The position numbers and the translations under genes are program-made. A DNA stretch of 64,000 bases from Vulcanimicrobiota bacterium. GTDB lineage: Bacteria; Vulcanimicrobiota; Vulcanimicrobiia; Vulcanimicrobiales; Vulcanimicrobiaceae. Below are positions 37,357-46,952 of this stretch, one piece after another. Every line of letters begins with the position of its first letter. The stretch's first letter is position 1. The DNA is taken from the NCBI GenBank assembly GCA_963733295.1, contig CAVTCS010000003.1:896001-960000 (forward strand), given 5' to 3'. Under the pieces are notes generated by a model. That model was not told where the DNA came from. It saw only the letters and a program-made list of their open reading frames with translations, and made no database searches.

Positions 37357-38270
37357 CTCCGCGCACGTTGCTCGACGCGCTTTCGGCTACCGTCGTCGGA
37401 CAGCGTGTCGTCCTCGAAGGCATTCTCTACTCGCTGATCGCGGGCGGACACGTTCTGCTCGAGGGTCCGCCTGGACTTGCGAAGACGCTCGCCTGCCGTG
37501 CCCTCGCCAGCGCCGTCGGCGGAACGTTCAAGCGCGTTCAATTCACGCCGGACCTCTTGCCGAGCGACATCGTCGGCACGCGCATCTTCGACCAGAGCAC
37601 GGGACACTTCGCAACGGCCCTCGGTCCGATTTTCGCGAACATCGTGCTGGCTGACGAGATCAATCGGGCGCCCGCCAAGGTTCAGTCCGCGCTTCTCGAG
37701 GGAATGCAGGAACGTCAGGTGACGATCGGTCCCGAAACGCACGCTCTTCCCGACCCGTTTGTGGTAACGGCAACCATGAACCCGCTCGACTCCGAGGGAA
37801 CCTACGCCTTGCCGCTCGCACAGATGGATCGCTTTCTCGTGAAACTCGTCGTGGACTACCCACCCCCCGAGGACGAACTGCGCATTCTCGAACGTTTCGG
37901 CGGCGAGCCGCCCGAGATGCCGCGCGACGTCGTGACCGCTGCCGACGTCGTGCGCTGGCGCCACATGGCGCGCGCGATCTTCATCGAACCGCGTCTCTCG
38001 CGCTACATCGTCGCGCTCGTCGGCACGACCCGCGCACCGCACCAGTACATCGATCGCGGCGCGAGCCCGCGCGCGACTCTGGCGATGGCCGCGCTCGCGC
38101 GCGCGCGAGCCTTGACCGACGGACGAACTTTCGTCGTGCCGGACGACGTGCGAGCGAGCGCACCCGACGTGCTGCGGCATCGCATCGCTTTCAACTATCG
38201 AACGATTACCGAAAAGGTGAATTCGGAGGAGCTCGTCGCGAGCCTGATCGGCGCAGTGCCGCCGCCGTGA
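37353..38270 (+). CDS. moxR: MoxR-family AAA+ ATPase
   Basis: GHVLLEGPPGLAKT, RVQFTPDLLPSD, LADEINRAPAKVQSALLE.MQE. Confidence 0.95.
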   Translation: MTPRTLLDALSATVVGQRVVLEGILYSLIAGGHVLLEGPPGLAKTLACRALASAVGGTFKRVQFTPDLLPSDIVGTRIFDQSTGHFATALGPIFANIVLADEINRAPAKVQSALLEGMQERQVTIGPETHALPDPFVVTATMNPLDSEGTYALPLAQMDRFLVKLVVDYPPPEDELRILERFGGEPPEMPRDVVTAADVVRWRHMARAIFIEPRLSRYIVALVGTTRAPHQYIDRGASPRATLAMAALARARALTDGRTFVVPDDVRASAPDVLRHRIAFNYRTITEKVNSEELVASLIGAVPPP

Positions 38271-39166
38271 TCTCGCGTGCGCTCTTCGTGAGCAGCGCTT
38301 TCGGGGCGCTGCTAGCCGCAGCACCCAAGGCGTCTCCGACGCCCGCGCCGCCTTCCGATCCGAAAGCCGAGGAGATCTTCGCAAAAGCCAAGTCGGCTTG
38401 GAGCGCACAGGCGAGCAAATTGCCGGCCTTCATCAACTACGGCGCGCTGCTTCGCTACGGTTATCACAATCATGTGTTCGACAATTGGTGGGACGCGTAC
38501 TACCGCTCGAGCGACGGTGCCTTCGCGTTACACCGTTTGACCGATGAAGAAGAGGACCGCCGCCGGCTATCGGGCGTCCCGTTCAGCATCTTCTCGTTCA
38601 AGGTCTTCGACACGAACCCAATTGCCGAACCGATCCGCTTGAACGAACCCTACATCTCGCCGATCGATTCGTTCGGATTGTTGTCGCGCAACGGGCCTAG
38701 CCGCAGTGCGTCCGGGCAACCGAATCCGAGTCCGGAGGCTACGCTCGAAGCCACGCCGCTGGGCACGCCGATGCGAGAGCTCGTCGTCGTCGAAGCCGTG
38801 GCACGCGACTACCGCATCGTGCTGGCGGGTGTCGAACAGCTCCAGTACGGCGAAGCCTACCACCTCGTGCTGACGCCGTTGCACGATCCCGCGCTGTATC
38901 GCCTGCGAGATCTTTGGATCGATACCACGAGCTACGTCACGCTGCGCACCAGCGTTCAGGGGTTGCTCGACGGAAAGCCCTACGACGCAGTCCGTTGGAC
39001 GATCGCCTACGTGCCGATCGACGGACTCTATTACCTCCAACAGATCAGGAGCGACGAGCCGCTGCGTTTCGGTATGGATACCATCATCCCGGCGATGGAG
39101 ATCGACTTCGTCGACTACCATTTTCCGGCCAGCATGCCGGCGATCGAGTTTCAGCACCTTTTGTGA
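38267..39166 (+). CDS. Secreted hypothetical protein (possible LolA/RseB-like beta fold)
   Basis: Signal peptide and Pro-rich linker; Y.L.L.P...RLRDLWID..SY pattern; overlap-coupled on both sides. Confidence 0.6.
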   Translation: MISRALFVSSAFGALLAAAPKASPTPAPPSDPKAEEIFAKAKSAWSAQASKLPAFINYGALLRYGYHNHVFDNWWDAYYRSSDGAFALHRLTDEEEDRRRLSGVPFSIFSFKVFDTNPIAEPIRLNEPYISPIDSFGLLSRNGPSRSASGQPNPSPEATLEATPLGTPMRELVVVEAVARDYRIVLAGVEQLQYGEAYHLVLTPLHDPALYRLRDLWIDTTSYVTLRTSVQGLLDGKPYDAVRWTIAYVPIDGLYYLQQIRSDEPLRFGMDTIIPAMEIDFVDYHFPASMPAIEFQHLL

Positions 39167-41535
39167 AAAAAAAACCGGCAGGACTGCGGGGCAGGCGGCT
39201 TGCCCTGCGGGTCGTCTGGCTCTTGTTGCTGGCGCTCTCCCCGATAGTCATCATTGCGTTGGGCTTTTTCTTGTACGTGCAAGCCGGGGTCGGTGCGGGT
39301 GCGGTCGAGCCGGCCGGCACGCTCGGCGGTTTGCCACTGCGCGCGCCGGTTCGCGTCGCGCGCGACGCCCGCGGGATCCCGCACGTTCGCGCGCAGAACG
39401 AGCACGACTTATATTTTGCGGAAGGCTACCTGCAAGGGACCGACCGGCTTTTTCAACTCGACCTGTATCGGCGGCTGGTCGCAGGGCGCCTGAGCGAGAT
39501 CTTCGGGGCGGCCGCGCTCGACAACGATCTCGCCGCGCGAACGTACGACGTGAAGGGTTTGATCGCCGAGCAAGAGCGCGCGCTTTCGCCGGACGAACGG
39601 GTGCTTCTTCAAGCCTTCAGCGCTGGAATCAACGCCGCCATTCGCACGCGCCCGTTGCCGCCGGAGTTCCGGGCACTCGGCTATAGGCCGGAACCCTGGT
39701 CGAGTACCGATAGTCTCCTTGCGTCGTTTTCGACGGTGCTGGCGCTGACCGACAGCTGGGATGACGTCCTGGTGCGCTCGGACGTTGCGGATGCACTCGG
39801 TCAAAAAGGCACCGACGCCTTTTTCCCGATCACCGATCCCCAGTACGATTCGCCGACGACTTCGCGCGAGCGTGCGCCGGTGGCGCCGCTTCCGCCGCTC
39901 TCGGTCGTCTACCCGGCACCCTCGCCGGTTGCCTACGACGATGGCCGCGACCGCGCCGGCTCGGGCAGCAACGAGTTCGTGGCCGGCGCCGGCCTGACCA
40001 CGACGCACCGCGCGCTCCTGGGTAACGATCCGCACTTGAGTTTGCGCATGCCCGGCATCTGGTATCTCGCCGATCTGGGCGCACCCGGCATCCACGTGGC
40101 GGGCGCGACGCTGGTCGGCGCACCGGGCATCATCCTCGGACACACGCAACACGTCGCATGGGGTGCGACGAACGGCAGCGTCGCAACGGTCGAGATTTAT
40201 CGCGAAAGATTCCGAAGCGATACGTCGGACGAATACCTCGACGGAAACGTCTGGACGAAGGCGACACACCGCAGCGAGAAGTTCCTCGTTCGCTGGGGTC
40301 AGCCGGTCGTCCGCGACTACCTGCGCACGCGGCACGGTTTCGTTTTCGCGACGCGCGGCGAGGTTCGCTTCGCGGCGGCGTGGAGCGCCGACCTCGACCA
40401 CCGCTCGGCCCTCACCTCGTTCGCGGAGCTCGATCGCGCGGCAAGCGTGGCGGACGTCCAGCGCGCCCTCGAGAGCTATCCGGGACCGCCGCAAAACTTC
40501 GTGTTCGCCGACGACAGCGGGAAGGCTGGCTACGTGCTGGCCGGCGCAATTCCGCTCGATCCGCTCTGGGCGTTGCGGGCGCACGACGGTCCACGCAGTG
40601 GAGCGCCGATCGAGCAGGACGTCCCGTTCTCGCAGCTGCCGCAGGTTGCGGCCTCGCGCTCGACCGTCGCTTTCACTGCGAACGACCGCGTCTACGGACG
40701 AGGCTACCCGTACCGTTTAACGGCCTACTTCGAGGCGCCGTACCGGGCCGCGAGCATCGCGCGGCACCTTGCCACGCGGCCCTATTCGCCGGGGGCCTTT
40801 TCGGCGATTCAAGCCGACGTGCGTTCCTTTCCCGAGCGCGACTTAGCGGCGGCAACCGTCGCGGCGGTCGGCCGGACGGGCACGGGAAGCGATCCCGACA
40901 TGAAAGCAGCGGCCACCGAACTGGCCGGCTTCGACGGACGCTTCGTCGAGAGCTCGCGCGGCGCGCTCTACGCCTGGCAACTGCGTCGCTCGGCGAATGC
41001 ACGGCTGATCGGGCTGCACCTTGCGCCGGAGCTTGCAGCTCGCTACCTGCAGAGCCACAGCGGCCTGGCGGTCGTGGTGCTGCTTCGCGCGCTGCGCGAG
41101 CGGCCCCACGGTTGGGTTCCGGCCGACGACTACGACGCGTTCTTGCTGGGGGCGTTACACGACGCGGTGGCTGAGCTGCGAGCGACGGGCGAACTTGGAA
41201 AGACCTGGGGAGAGGCCGGACGGCGCGTCGCGCATCACCCGCTCGCCGGTTTCGGTTGGCACGGCTGGGACGGGACGCCGTTCCCGGGACGCGGTTCCGC
41301 CTATTCGCCGCACGTTATGGGCCTCGATGTGACGCAAAGCTTCCGGGCCGTCTGGGACGTCGGCAACTGGGAAGCCGGAGGCATCGTCATCCCGCAGGGC
41401 GAGTCCGGCGAGCCAGGCTCGGTTCACTACCGCGATCTCGCACCCGCCTGGCTCGCCGAAAAACTCGTTGCGTTCCCTTTCGACGATCCCGCGGTCGCAC
41501 TCCAGACCGCGAGCACGTTCCAACTCACCCCCTAG
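39163..41535 (+). CDS. Penicillin acylase family (Ntn hydrolase; includes AHL acylases)
   Basis: RDARGIPHV.A, DRLFQLDL.RR, GSN nucleophile site, NDPHL, GESG.PGS.HY.D; GTG at 39163. Confidence 0.9.
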   Translation: MKKKPAGLRGRRLALRVVWLLLLALSPIVIIALGFFLYVQAGVGAGAVEPAGTLGGLPLRAPVRVARDARGIPHVRAQNEHDLYFAEGYLQGTDRLFQLDLYRRLVAGRLSEIFGAAALDNDLAARTYDVKGLIAEQERALSPDERVLLQAFSAGINAAIRTRPLPPEFRALGYRPEPWSSTDSLLASFSTVLALTDSWDDVLVRSDVADALGQKGTDAFFPITDPQYDSPTTSRERAPVAPLPPLSVVYPAPSPVAYDDGRDRAGSGSNEFVAGAGLTTTHRALLGNDPHLSLRMPGIWYLADLGAPGIHVAGATLVGAPGIILGHTQHVAWGATNGSVATVEIYRERFRSDTSDEYLDGNVWTKATHRSEKFLVRWGQPVVRDYLRTRHGFVFATRGEVRFAAAWSADLDHRSALTSFAELDRAASVADVQRALESYPGPPQNFVFADDSGKAGYVLAGAIPLDPLWALRAHDGPRSGAPIEQDVPFSQLPQVAASRSTVAFTANDRVYGRGYPYRLTAYFEAPYRAASIARHLATRPYSPGAFSAIQADVRSFPERDLAAATVAAVGRTGTGSDPDMKAAATELAGFDGRFVESSRGALYAWQLRRSANARLIGLHLAPELAARYLQSHSGLAVVVLLRALRERPHGWVPADDYDAFLLGALHDAVAELRATGELGKTWGEAGRRVAHHPLAGFGWHGWDGTPFPGRGSAYSPHVMGLDVTQSFRAVWDVGNWEAGGIVIPQGESGEPGSVHYRDLAPAWLAEKLVAFPFDDPAVALQTASTFQLTP

Positions 41536-41680
41536 AAACGGAGCGTGAGTTTACACGCGCGTTGTGAGCTGAGAAACCTTTTGTCATCCTCTCGCGGAGC
41601 GCTGCGAGGAAAGAACTGCGGAGCTCTTCGGGGCGGTTCGAGGTGAAATAAGCCACGAGGCGCAACCAAAATATCAGCTC

Positions 41681-42937
41681 ATGCGCTCCCGCATCTCGGC
41701 CCGGACGACGACGACCTTAGCGCTCATCCTAGGATTGCTGGTCGCGTTCACGTGGGCCACGTACCTGGCGTACTGGGCAGGTATCGACGTGAGCAACGCG
41801 TTCGACTACCAATCGGCGGTCGTTTCGGCGCAACGCGACGTCGAACTTCTGCGCGTCGAGCAATTCGACCGCAAAGCGCCGCCCGAGGAGTTGCGTCCGT
41901 ACGAGAAGCTCCTCGACACCGACTTGGAACGCATCAACCGAGCCGCCTCCACGCCGGACGAGCGCGCTCCCGCCTATGCTTTTCCCGCGAGCCGGGCGGA
42001 CGATGAAAATCTTGCGGGAGAGTTGCGCGATCTCGAGGATCGCGGCAGCGCGCGTTTCGCGAAGACGGTAAAGGAGAACACCCAGACGCGCGACGTTTCG
42101 AACGCACTGTTCGCGCTCGTGGCGTTGCTCTTCGTGATGGTGCAAGGGCGCCTGCGCCGGCGCATCGAGGAGGGCCGTTCGCTCGTCGAACGCTTGCAGC
42201 GGGCGTTCATCAGCAGCCGCCGCGAACTGCGCAACGTCGACGCCGGCAGCGTCTTGATTTCGGCAACGCGCGGCTCCAACGTCGGAGGGGACGTTTACGA
42301 CCTCTTTACCTTCGACCGTCGCCGCGGGATGTTCATGGTGGCCGACGTCAGTGGAAAGGGCATCGACGCCGCCGTCGACACCGCGCTGATCAAATTCTCG
42401 CTGCGCACGCTGTTGCGTGAGGACGGAGACCCCGGCCGCGCCCTCTCGAAGTTCGGTTCGCTCTACGCGCAGAGCGCCGAGAATCCGGAAAGCTTCGTCG
42501 TCATTTTCCTGGGCGTGATCGACCTCGACACGGGTACCGTGCGCTACGCGTCGGCCGGTCACGAGCCCGCCTGGGTCGTCTTCGGCCACAACGTGCGCTC
42601 GCTGCAACCGACCGGTCCGATCGTCGGCATCGACGCCGACGCCCAGTACGATACGCACACGATCCTGCTGCGCCCGGGCGACGGCATCGTCGTCAGCACC
42701 GACGGCCTCACCGAATCGCGCGATCCGAAGGGCGAACTGCTCGGCGCCGACGGCGTGGCGCACTGGCTGAGCGAGATCGAAGGCGACGCGCAGACGGTCG
42801 CCGACACGATCGTCGAGCGCTTGCGCGAGCGGAGTTCGGGCATCGCCGACGACTTGGCGATCTTGGTCGTTCGCTATGCGCCGCGGGTCGTTCGGGCCGC
42901 GCGAACCGCCGCTCCCGCGGTCGCCGCAGGCTCGTGA
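41681..42937 (+). CDS. Membrane-bound PP2C/SpoIIE-type phosphatase
   Basis: Two TM helices; VGGDVYD, VADVSGKG, SAGHEP, TDGLTE, DDLAIL. Confidence 0.9.
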   Translation: MRSRISARTTTTLALILGLLVAFTWATYLAYWAGIDVSNAFDYQSAVVSAQRDVELLRVEQFDRKAPPEELRPYEKLLDTDLERINRAASTPDERAPAYAFPASRADDENLAGELRDLEDRGSARFAKTVKENTQTRDVSNALFALVALLFVMVQGRLRRRIEEGRSLVERLQRAFISSRRELRNVDAGSVLISATRGSNVGGDVYDLFTFDRRRGMFMVADVSGKGIDAAVDTALIKFSLRTLLREDGDPGRALSKFGSLYAQSAENPESFVVIFLGVIDLDTGTVRYASAGHEPAWVVFGHNVRSLQPTGPIVGIDADAQYDTHTILLRPGDGIVVSTDGLTESRDPKGELLGADGVAHWLSEIEGDAQTVADTIVERLRERSSGIADDLAILVVRYAPRVVRAARTAAPAVAAGS

Positions 42938-43761
42938 AAGAACTCGCGGTTCGCTTGCGCACCGCGATGCTGACCGGCCGCCGTCGCCCCGGCGTGCGCG
43001 GCGCGGGGGCTCCGGTCAAGCGCCGTTCGGACGGATACGAGTTCGCCGAACTGCGGGGTTACGTTCCCGGCGACGATCCGCGCCGCATCGATTGGGCCGC
43101 AACCGCGCGCGCGGGCGCACTGCAGACCCGCGTCGTTTTTGAAGATCACGCGCTCACGCTGGCCGCGGCGCTTGACGCCGCGCCCTCGATGTTCGTGGGC
43201 CGGACGCGCAGCAACTACGATTTGGCCGGAGAGGCCGCGGCGGTTTGGTACGGCGCCGCGATCGATGACGACCGCTGCGCTCGCGTCGAGGACGGACGCC
43301 TGGTCTTCGTGCCGGGTTTGCGCGGGCGCACCGCGGCCCGGCTCTGCACCGAGCGGCGAGAAACGCGCGGCGCCTCGTTCGCGAACGCTCTCGACACCGC
43401 GCTTGCCGTTCTCCCGCGGGACGCGCACCTGCTGATCGTTTCCGACTTCCTGCAGTTCGACGCGCTCGAACCCCGGCTGCGCGCCTGCGCCGCGCGCTTC
43501 GAGTCGACCGCGATGCTGACGCGCGACCCCTGGCATGCCGGACTCCCGCTCGGGGGTTTCGTTCGCTTTCGCGATGCCGCGAGCGGCACGACGGCACGCG
43601 CCTACGTCGGAAAGAACGCCCGGGCTCGTTACGTTGAGGCCGTCGCCGCGCGCGAGCGACGTATCTTGCACGCGCTCCACGACTGCGGTTTGCGAGTCGG
43701 AGAGATCGACGAGACGAACGTCGCGGACGCGCTCTTCGAGGCGTTCGGTTTAGTGGCCTGA
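42934..43761 (+). CDS. DUF58-family MoxR-associated protein
   Basis: GYEFAELRGYVPGDDPRRIDWAATAR, IVSDF. Confidence 0.9.
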   Translation: MKELAVRLRTAMLTGRRRPGVRGAGAPVKRRSDGYEFAELRGYVPGDDPRRIDWAATARAGALQTRVVFEDHALTLAAALDAAPSMFVGRTRSNYDLAGEAAAVWYGAAIDDDRCARVEDGRLVFVPGLRGRTAARLCTERRETRGASFANALDTALAVLPRDAHLLIVSDFLQFDALEPRLRACAARFESTAMLTRDPWHAGLPLGGFVRFRDAASGTTARAYVGKNARARYVEAVAARERRILHALHDCGLRVGEIDETNVADALFEAFGLVA

Positions 43762-44684
43762 TGTCGTTCGCGCATCCGCAGCTCGCGCTCTTCGGAATCC
43801 TCGCGCTCGGTCTGTTCGCCTGGCTCTACGCGAAACTAGAACGAAGCCGCAGAGCGCAGGCGCTGCTGTATTCGAACGTCGCCTTCGCGCTCGAGAGCAT
43901 GCACCCGTCGCGCTGGCCGGGCCGGCTGTTGTATGCGATTTGGCTGATCGGCGCCGGCGCGCTCGCGCTGGCGCTTTCCGGACCGCGCTTCGTGACGCAC
44001 GTTCCGACCCGGGATGCCACGGTCATGATCTGCATCGACACCTCGGGCTCGATGCGGGCACTCGACATCGAGCCGACGCGCGGCGAGGCCGCCAAGGCGG
44101 CCGCGCACGAATTCGTCGACGACGTTCCGGCGGGGACGCGCGTCGGACTCGTAACGTTCTCTTCGGCCGCCGAACTGATCCAGCCGCCGACCGACGACCT
44201 CGATGCGGTGCGCGCTGCAATCGACCGGATCCCGTTGCCCGACGGCGGCACCGCAATCGGGGACGCGCTGCAAGTGGCCTGGCAAGCGATGCCGCAAACC
44301 GGGACGCGGGTGATCGTCTTGTTGACCGACGGCGTCAACAACCGCGGGATCGATCCGGTCGGCGCTTCGCAGCAGATCGGGTCGAAGGGCATCTCGATTT
44401 ACACGGTCGGCATCGGCACGCGCGGCAGCGGCATGATCATCCCGGGAACGAGTGAAGAAGCCGACATCGACGAGGTTGCGCTGCGCGCGATCGCCGCGAA
44501 CGGGAATGGGACGTACACCGAAGCGCGGGACGCATCCGGGCTCCAGGGAACGTTCCGCCATCTCGCGCTGCAAACGGTTTGGGAGCGCAAGCACGTCGAC
44601 GGGAGCGTTCCGATCGCGCTCGGCGGAGGATTTCTCGTCATCCTCGCGTTTCTCGCGGGAATCGGACTCGGGCGAGTTCCCTAG
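43761..44684 (+). CDS. VWA-domain membrane protein (BatA-like)
   Basis: MSFAHP N-terminus, MIDAS DTSGSM, GTAIGDAL, LLTDG, TM helices at both ends. Confidence 0.9.
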   Translation: MSFAHPQLALFGILALGLFAWLYAKLERSRRAQALLYSNVAFALESMHPSRWPGRLLYAIWLIGAGALALALSGPRFVTHVPTRDATVMICIDTSGSMRALDIEPTRGEAAKAAAHEFVDDVPAGTRVGLVTFSSAAELIQPPTDDLDAVRAAIDRIPLPDGGTAIGDALQVAWQAMPQTGTRVIVLLTDGVNNRGIDPVGASQQIGSKGISIYTVGIGTRGSGMIIPGTSEEADIDEVALRAIAANGNGTYTEARDASGLQGTFRHLALQTVWERKHVDGSVPIALGGGFLVILAFLAGIGLGRVP

Positions 44685-44729
44685 CGGGGCGAGCGAGGCA
44701 GGTGGTACCGTCCGGTCGAAACTGCCGGG

Positions 44730-45353
44730 GTGCCGACGACCGTGATGGGCTTTTACGAATTGGACGCGGCCCCGCAGCGCGGTTTCACCGGAACCCTCGC
44801 GGAGCGCTTGGGCGCGGCGACCGGCGATCCGGACTTCATCGACGGCTCGCTGTTCGTGCGTTCCGACAACGCGGCCGTCGTGATCAGCCTGCAGCACGAC
44901 TCGAGCGAGGAAGCTTGGCTCGACCGGCCCCTCGTCGCGGCCCTGATCCAGAGTGCGGAGTGGCGTTCGCGCGCCTACGACTTGCGCGGTTACCGTACTT
45001 TGACGCACCCGTCCGGTGGCGCAATTCCGGATGAGGCCGTCTTCACGATTCAAAGCTTCGATACACCGGCGGCGGCGCAAAACGAATTGACCAGCGCCCT
45101 CGTAGCGTTCGTGCAGCGGTTCGCGCGCCCGATCTCCGGGTTTCTGGATTCCGAGATTCTAGCGAGCGAGGATGGCGCGCGGTCCGTGTGGATCGCACCG
45201 TGGGCGCACGAGGCTGCGCTCGCCGCGCTCGAGACGCCCGAGTCTTTTTCGGCGATGCGGGGTTTTACGCGTCTGGCATCGCAGCGCGCGTTCGGGACGT
45301 TCGAGCGCGTTTCGTACGTTCGCGGCGCGCGAGGCGGCGCGACAGCGCACTAG
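44730..45353 (+). CDS. Tandem ABM-like (dimeric alpha-beta barrel) protein
   Basis: Two similar halves (PDFIDGSLFVRSDNAAVV / SGFLDSEILASEDGARSVWIAPW). Confidence 0.55.
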   Translation: MPTTVMGFYELDAAPQRGFTGTLAERLGAATGDPDFIDGSLFVRSDNAAVVISLQHDSSEEAWLDRPLVAALIQSAEWRSRAYDLRGYRTLTHPSGGAIPDEAVFTIQSFDTPAAAQNELTSALVAFVQRFARPISGFLDSEILASEDGARSVWIAPWAHEAALAALETPESFSAMRGFTRLASQRAFGTFERVSYVRGARGGATAH

Positions 45354-45787
45354 CCGGGCGCGGGCAAGCGGGCGCAGATCTCGAGCTTCGTGCCGGCGGG
45401 ATCTTCGAAGAAAACGGCGGGGTACGAGTCGAGATCCGCCGAGGGTTCGACGAGGCATGCACCGAGCGCGCGAAGCCGTTCGAGCCAGGCGTTCGCGTCG
45501 AACGGGCCGGCCCCGCGAAAGGCGATACGCGTCGCCGGAGGGTCGTGCTGCGGATCTTCGATGAACCCGATGAAGCGGGCGGTCCGGCCGGCGACGAACG
45601 GTTCGAAATACTCGATCGCGTTATGGCGACCGCCGGCCGGAAGGTCGGTCCACTCATCCCCCTCGACGAGCGCGTACGACTTCCGCGGCAAACCGAGCAG
45701 CGGCATGAGCGCGTCGTAAAAAACCTCGACCGCGGAAAGCGAGCGCACGCGCACGTCGATGTGGTCGAATCCTGCGAACTCCGGCAT
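45350..45787 (-). CDS. VOC/glyoxalase family protein
   Basis: FDHIDVRV......FYD.L...LG, RIAF, YPAVFFEDPAG.KLEI. Confidence 0.88.
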   Translation of the reverse strand: MPEFAGFDHIDVRVRSLSAVEVFYDALMPLLGLPRKSYALVEGDEWTDLPAGGRHNAIEYFEPFVAGRTARFIGFIEDPQHDPPATRIAFRGAGPFDANAWLERLRALGACLVEPSADLDSYPAVFFEDPAGTKLEICARLPAPG

Positions 45788-45827
45788 GCGGGGAGTTTCC
45801 GGCGCTCGCGGGGAGAATCCGCCAAAC

Positions 45828-46472
45828 GTGGAGTCCGACGTGGTCCGTAGCGGGCGGCACGACCTCGAAGCCGGTGCGCTCGACGAGAGCGACGTCGCGG
45901 CCGAGCCGTTCCTGCAATTTCACGCGTGGCTCGAAACGGCGCTCGCCGCGCAGGTGCTCGATCCGCACGCGATGAGCCTTGCGACCTCCGACGCGGCGGG
46001 CAGGCCGTCCGCGCGAATCGTGCTGCTGCGGGGCTACGACCCCCGAGGTTTCGTTTTCTTCACGAATTACGATAGCCGCAAAGGGCGCGAGCTCGCCGCG
46101 CGGCCCGATGCCGCCGCGCTGTTTTTCTGGCCTTCACTGCAGCGTCAAATTCGGATCGAAGGTTCGGTCGAACGGGTCGCTCCCGCTGAGTCGGACGCGT
46201 ACTTCGCATCGCGCCCGCGAGGTCACCGGCTGAGCGCTTGGGCCTCGCCGCAAAGTGAGGTGATCGCAAACCGCGAGGTGCTCGAGACGCGCATGCGCGA
46301 GACGGAACGCCGTTTCGAGGGTGTCGACGTCCCGAGGCCGCCGAATTGGGGCGGCTTGCGCCTCGTCCCGCGCGAGTTCGAGTTCTGGCAGGGCCGTCGC
46401 AATCGCGTGCACGATCGCATCCTGTACGAGCGCGAAGAAGGCGGCTGGAGGAGAGCGCGCCTCGCGCCGTAA
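45828..46472 (+). CDS. pdxH: Pyridoxamine 5'-phosphate oxidase
   Basis: AMSLAT, PSARIVLL, FFTNYDSRKG, EFWQGR.NR.HDR, RLAP. Confidence 0.95.
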   Translation: MESDVVRSGRHDLEAGALDESDVAAEPFLQFHAWLETALAAQVLDPHAMSLATSDAAGRPSARIVLLRGYDPRGFVFFTNYDSRKGRELAARPDAAALFFWPSLQRQIRIEGSVERVAPAESDAYFASRPRGHRLSAWASPQSEVIANREVLETRMRETERRFEGVDVPRPPNWGGLRLVPREFEFWQGRRNRVHDRILYEREEGGWRRARLAP

Positions 46473-46504
46473 GCTACGTCTCACCGCACACAAGGAGAAT
46501 CGCT

Positions 46505-46921
46505 CTGAAACGATACGCCTTCTTTCTTACTGCAGCGGCGCTGCTCGCGTTCGCCGCAATCGTGCCGCACGGACAGTCGCTTTCGATCGCGGATGCCGCG
46601 GCGCCGAACGGCAGCGCGATTTTCAACTCGAAATGTGCCACGTGCCACCAGCCGAACGGGACGGGATTGCCCGGCGCGTTTCCACCGCTCGCGAAGAATC
46701 CCGTGGTTACGGGCGACCCCAAAAAAGTAATAAAGATCGTCCTGAACGGTTTGACCGGCTCGGTCAGCGTCGCCGGCAAGACCTACAACGGCAGCATGCC
46801 GGCCTGGAAGGGCCAGCTCTCGAACGCGGAGATCGCCGCGGTGCTCACCTACGTCCGCTCTTCGTGGGGCAACAAAGCCTCGGCGGTTACCGAAGCGCAG
46901 GTCGCCGCCGGCGCGAAGTAG
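46505..46921 (+). CDS. Monoheme cytochrome c (exported), apparent CTG start
   Basis: AAGGAG SD 7 nt before CTG; signal peptide KRYAFFL...; CATCH heme motif, FPPLA, MPAW, LTYVR.SWGN. Confidence 0.9.
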   Translation: MKRYAFFLTAAALLAFAAIVPHGQSLSIADAAAPNGSAIFNSKCATCHQPNGTGLPGAFPPLAKNPVVTGDPKKVIKIVLNGLTGSVSVAGKTYNGSMPAWKGQLSNAEIAAVLTYVRSSWGNKASAVTEAQVAAGAK

Positions 46922-46952
46922 CCGGAGGGCCTTGCCCCGAAACTGAGCGCGA

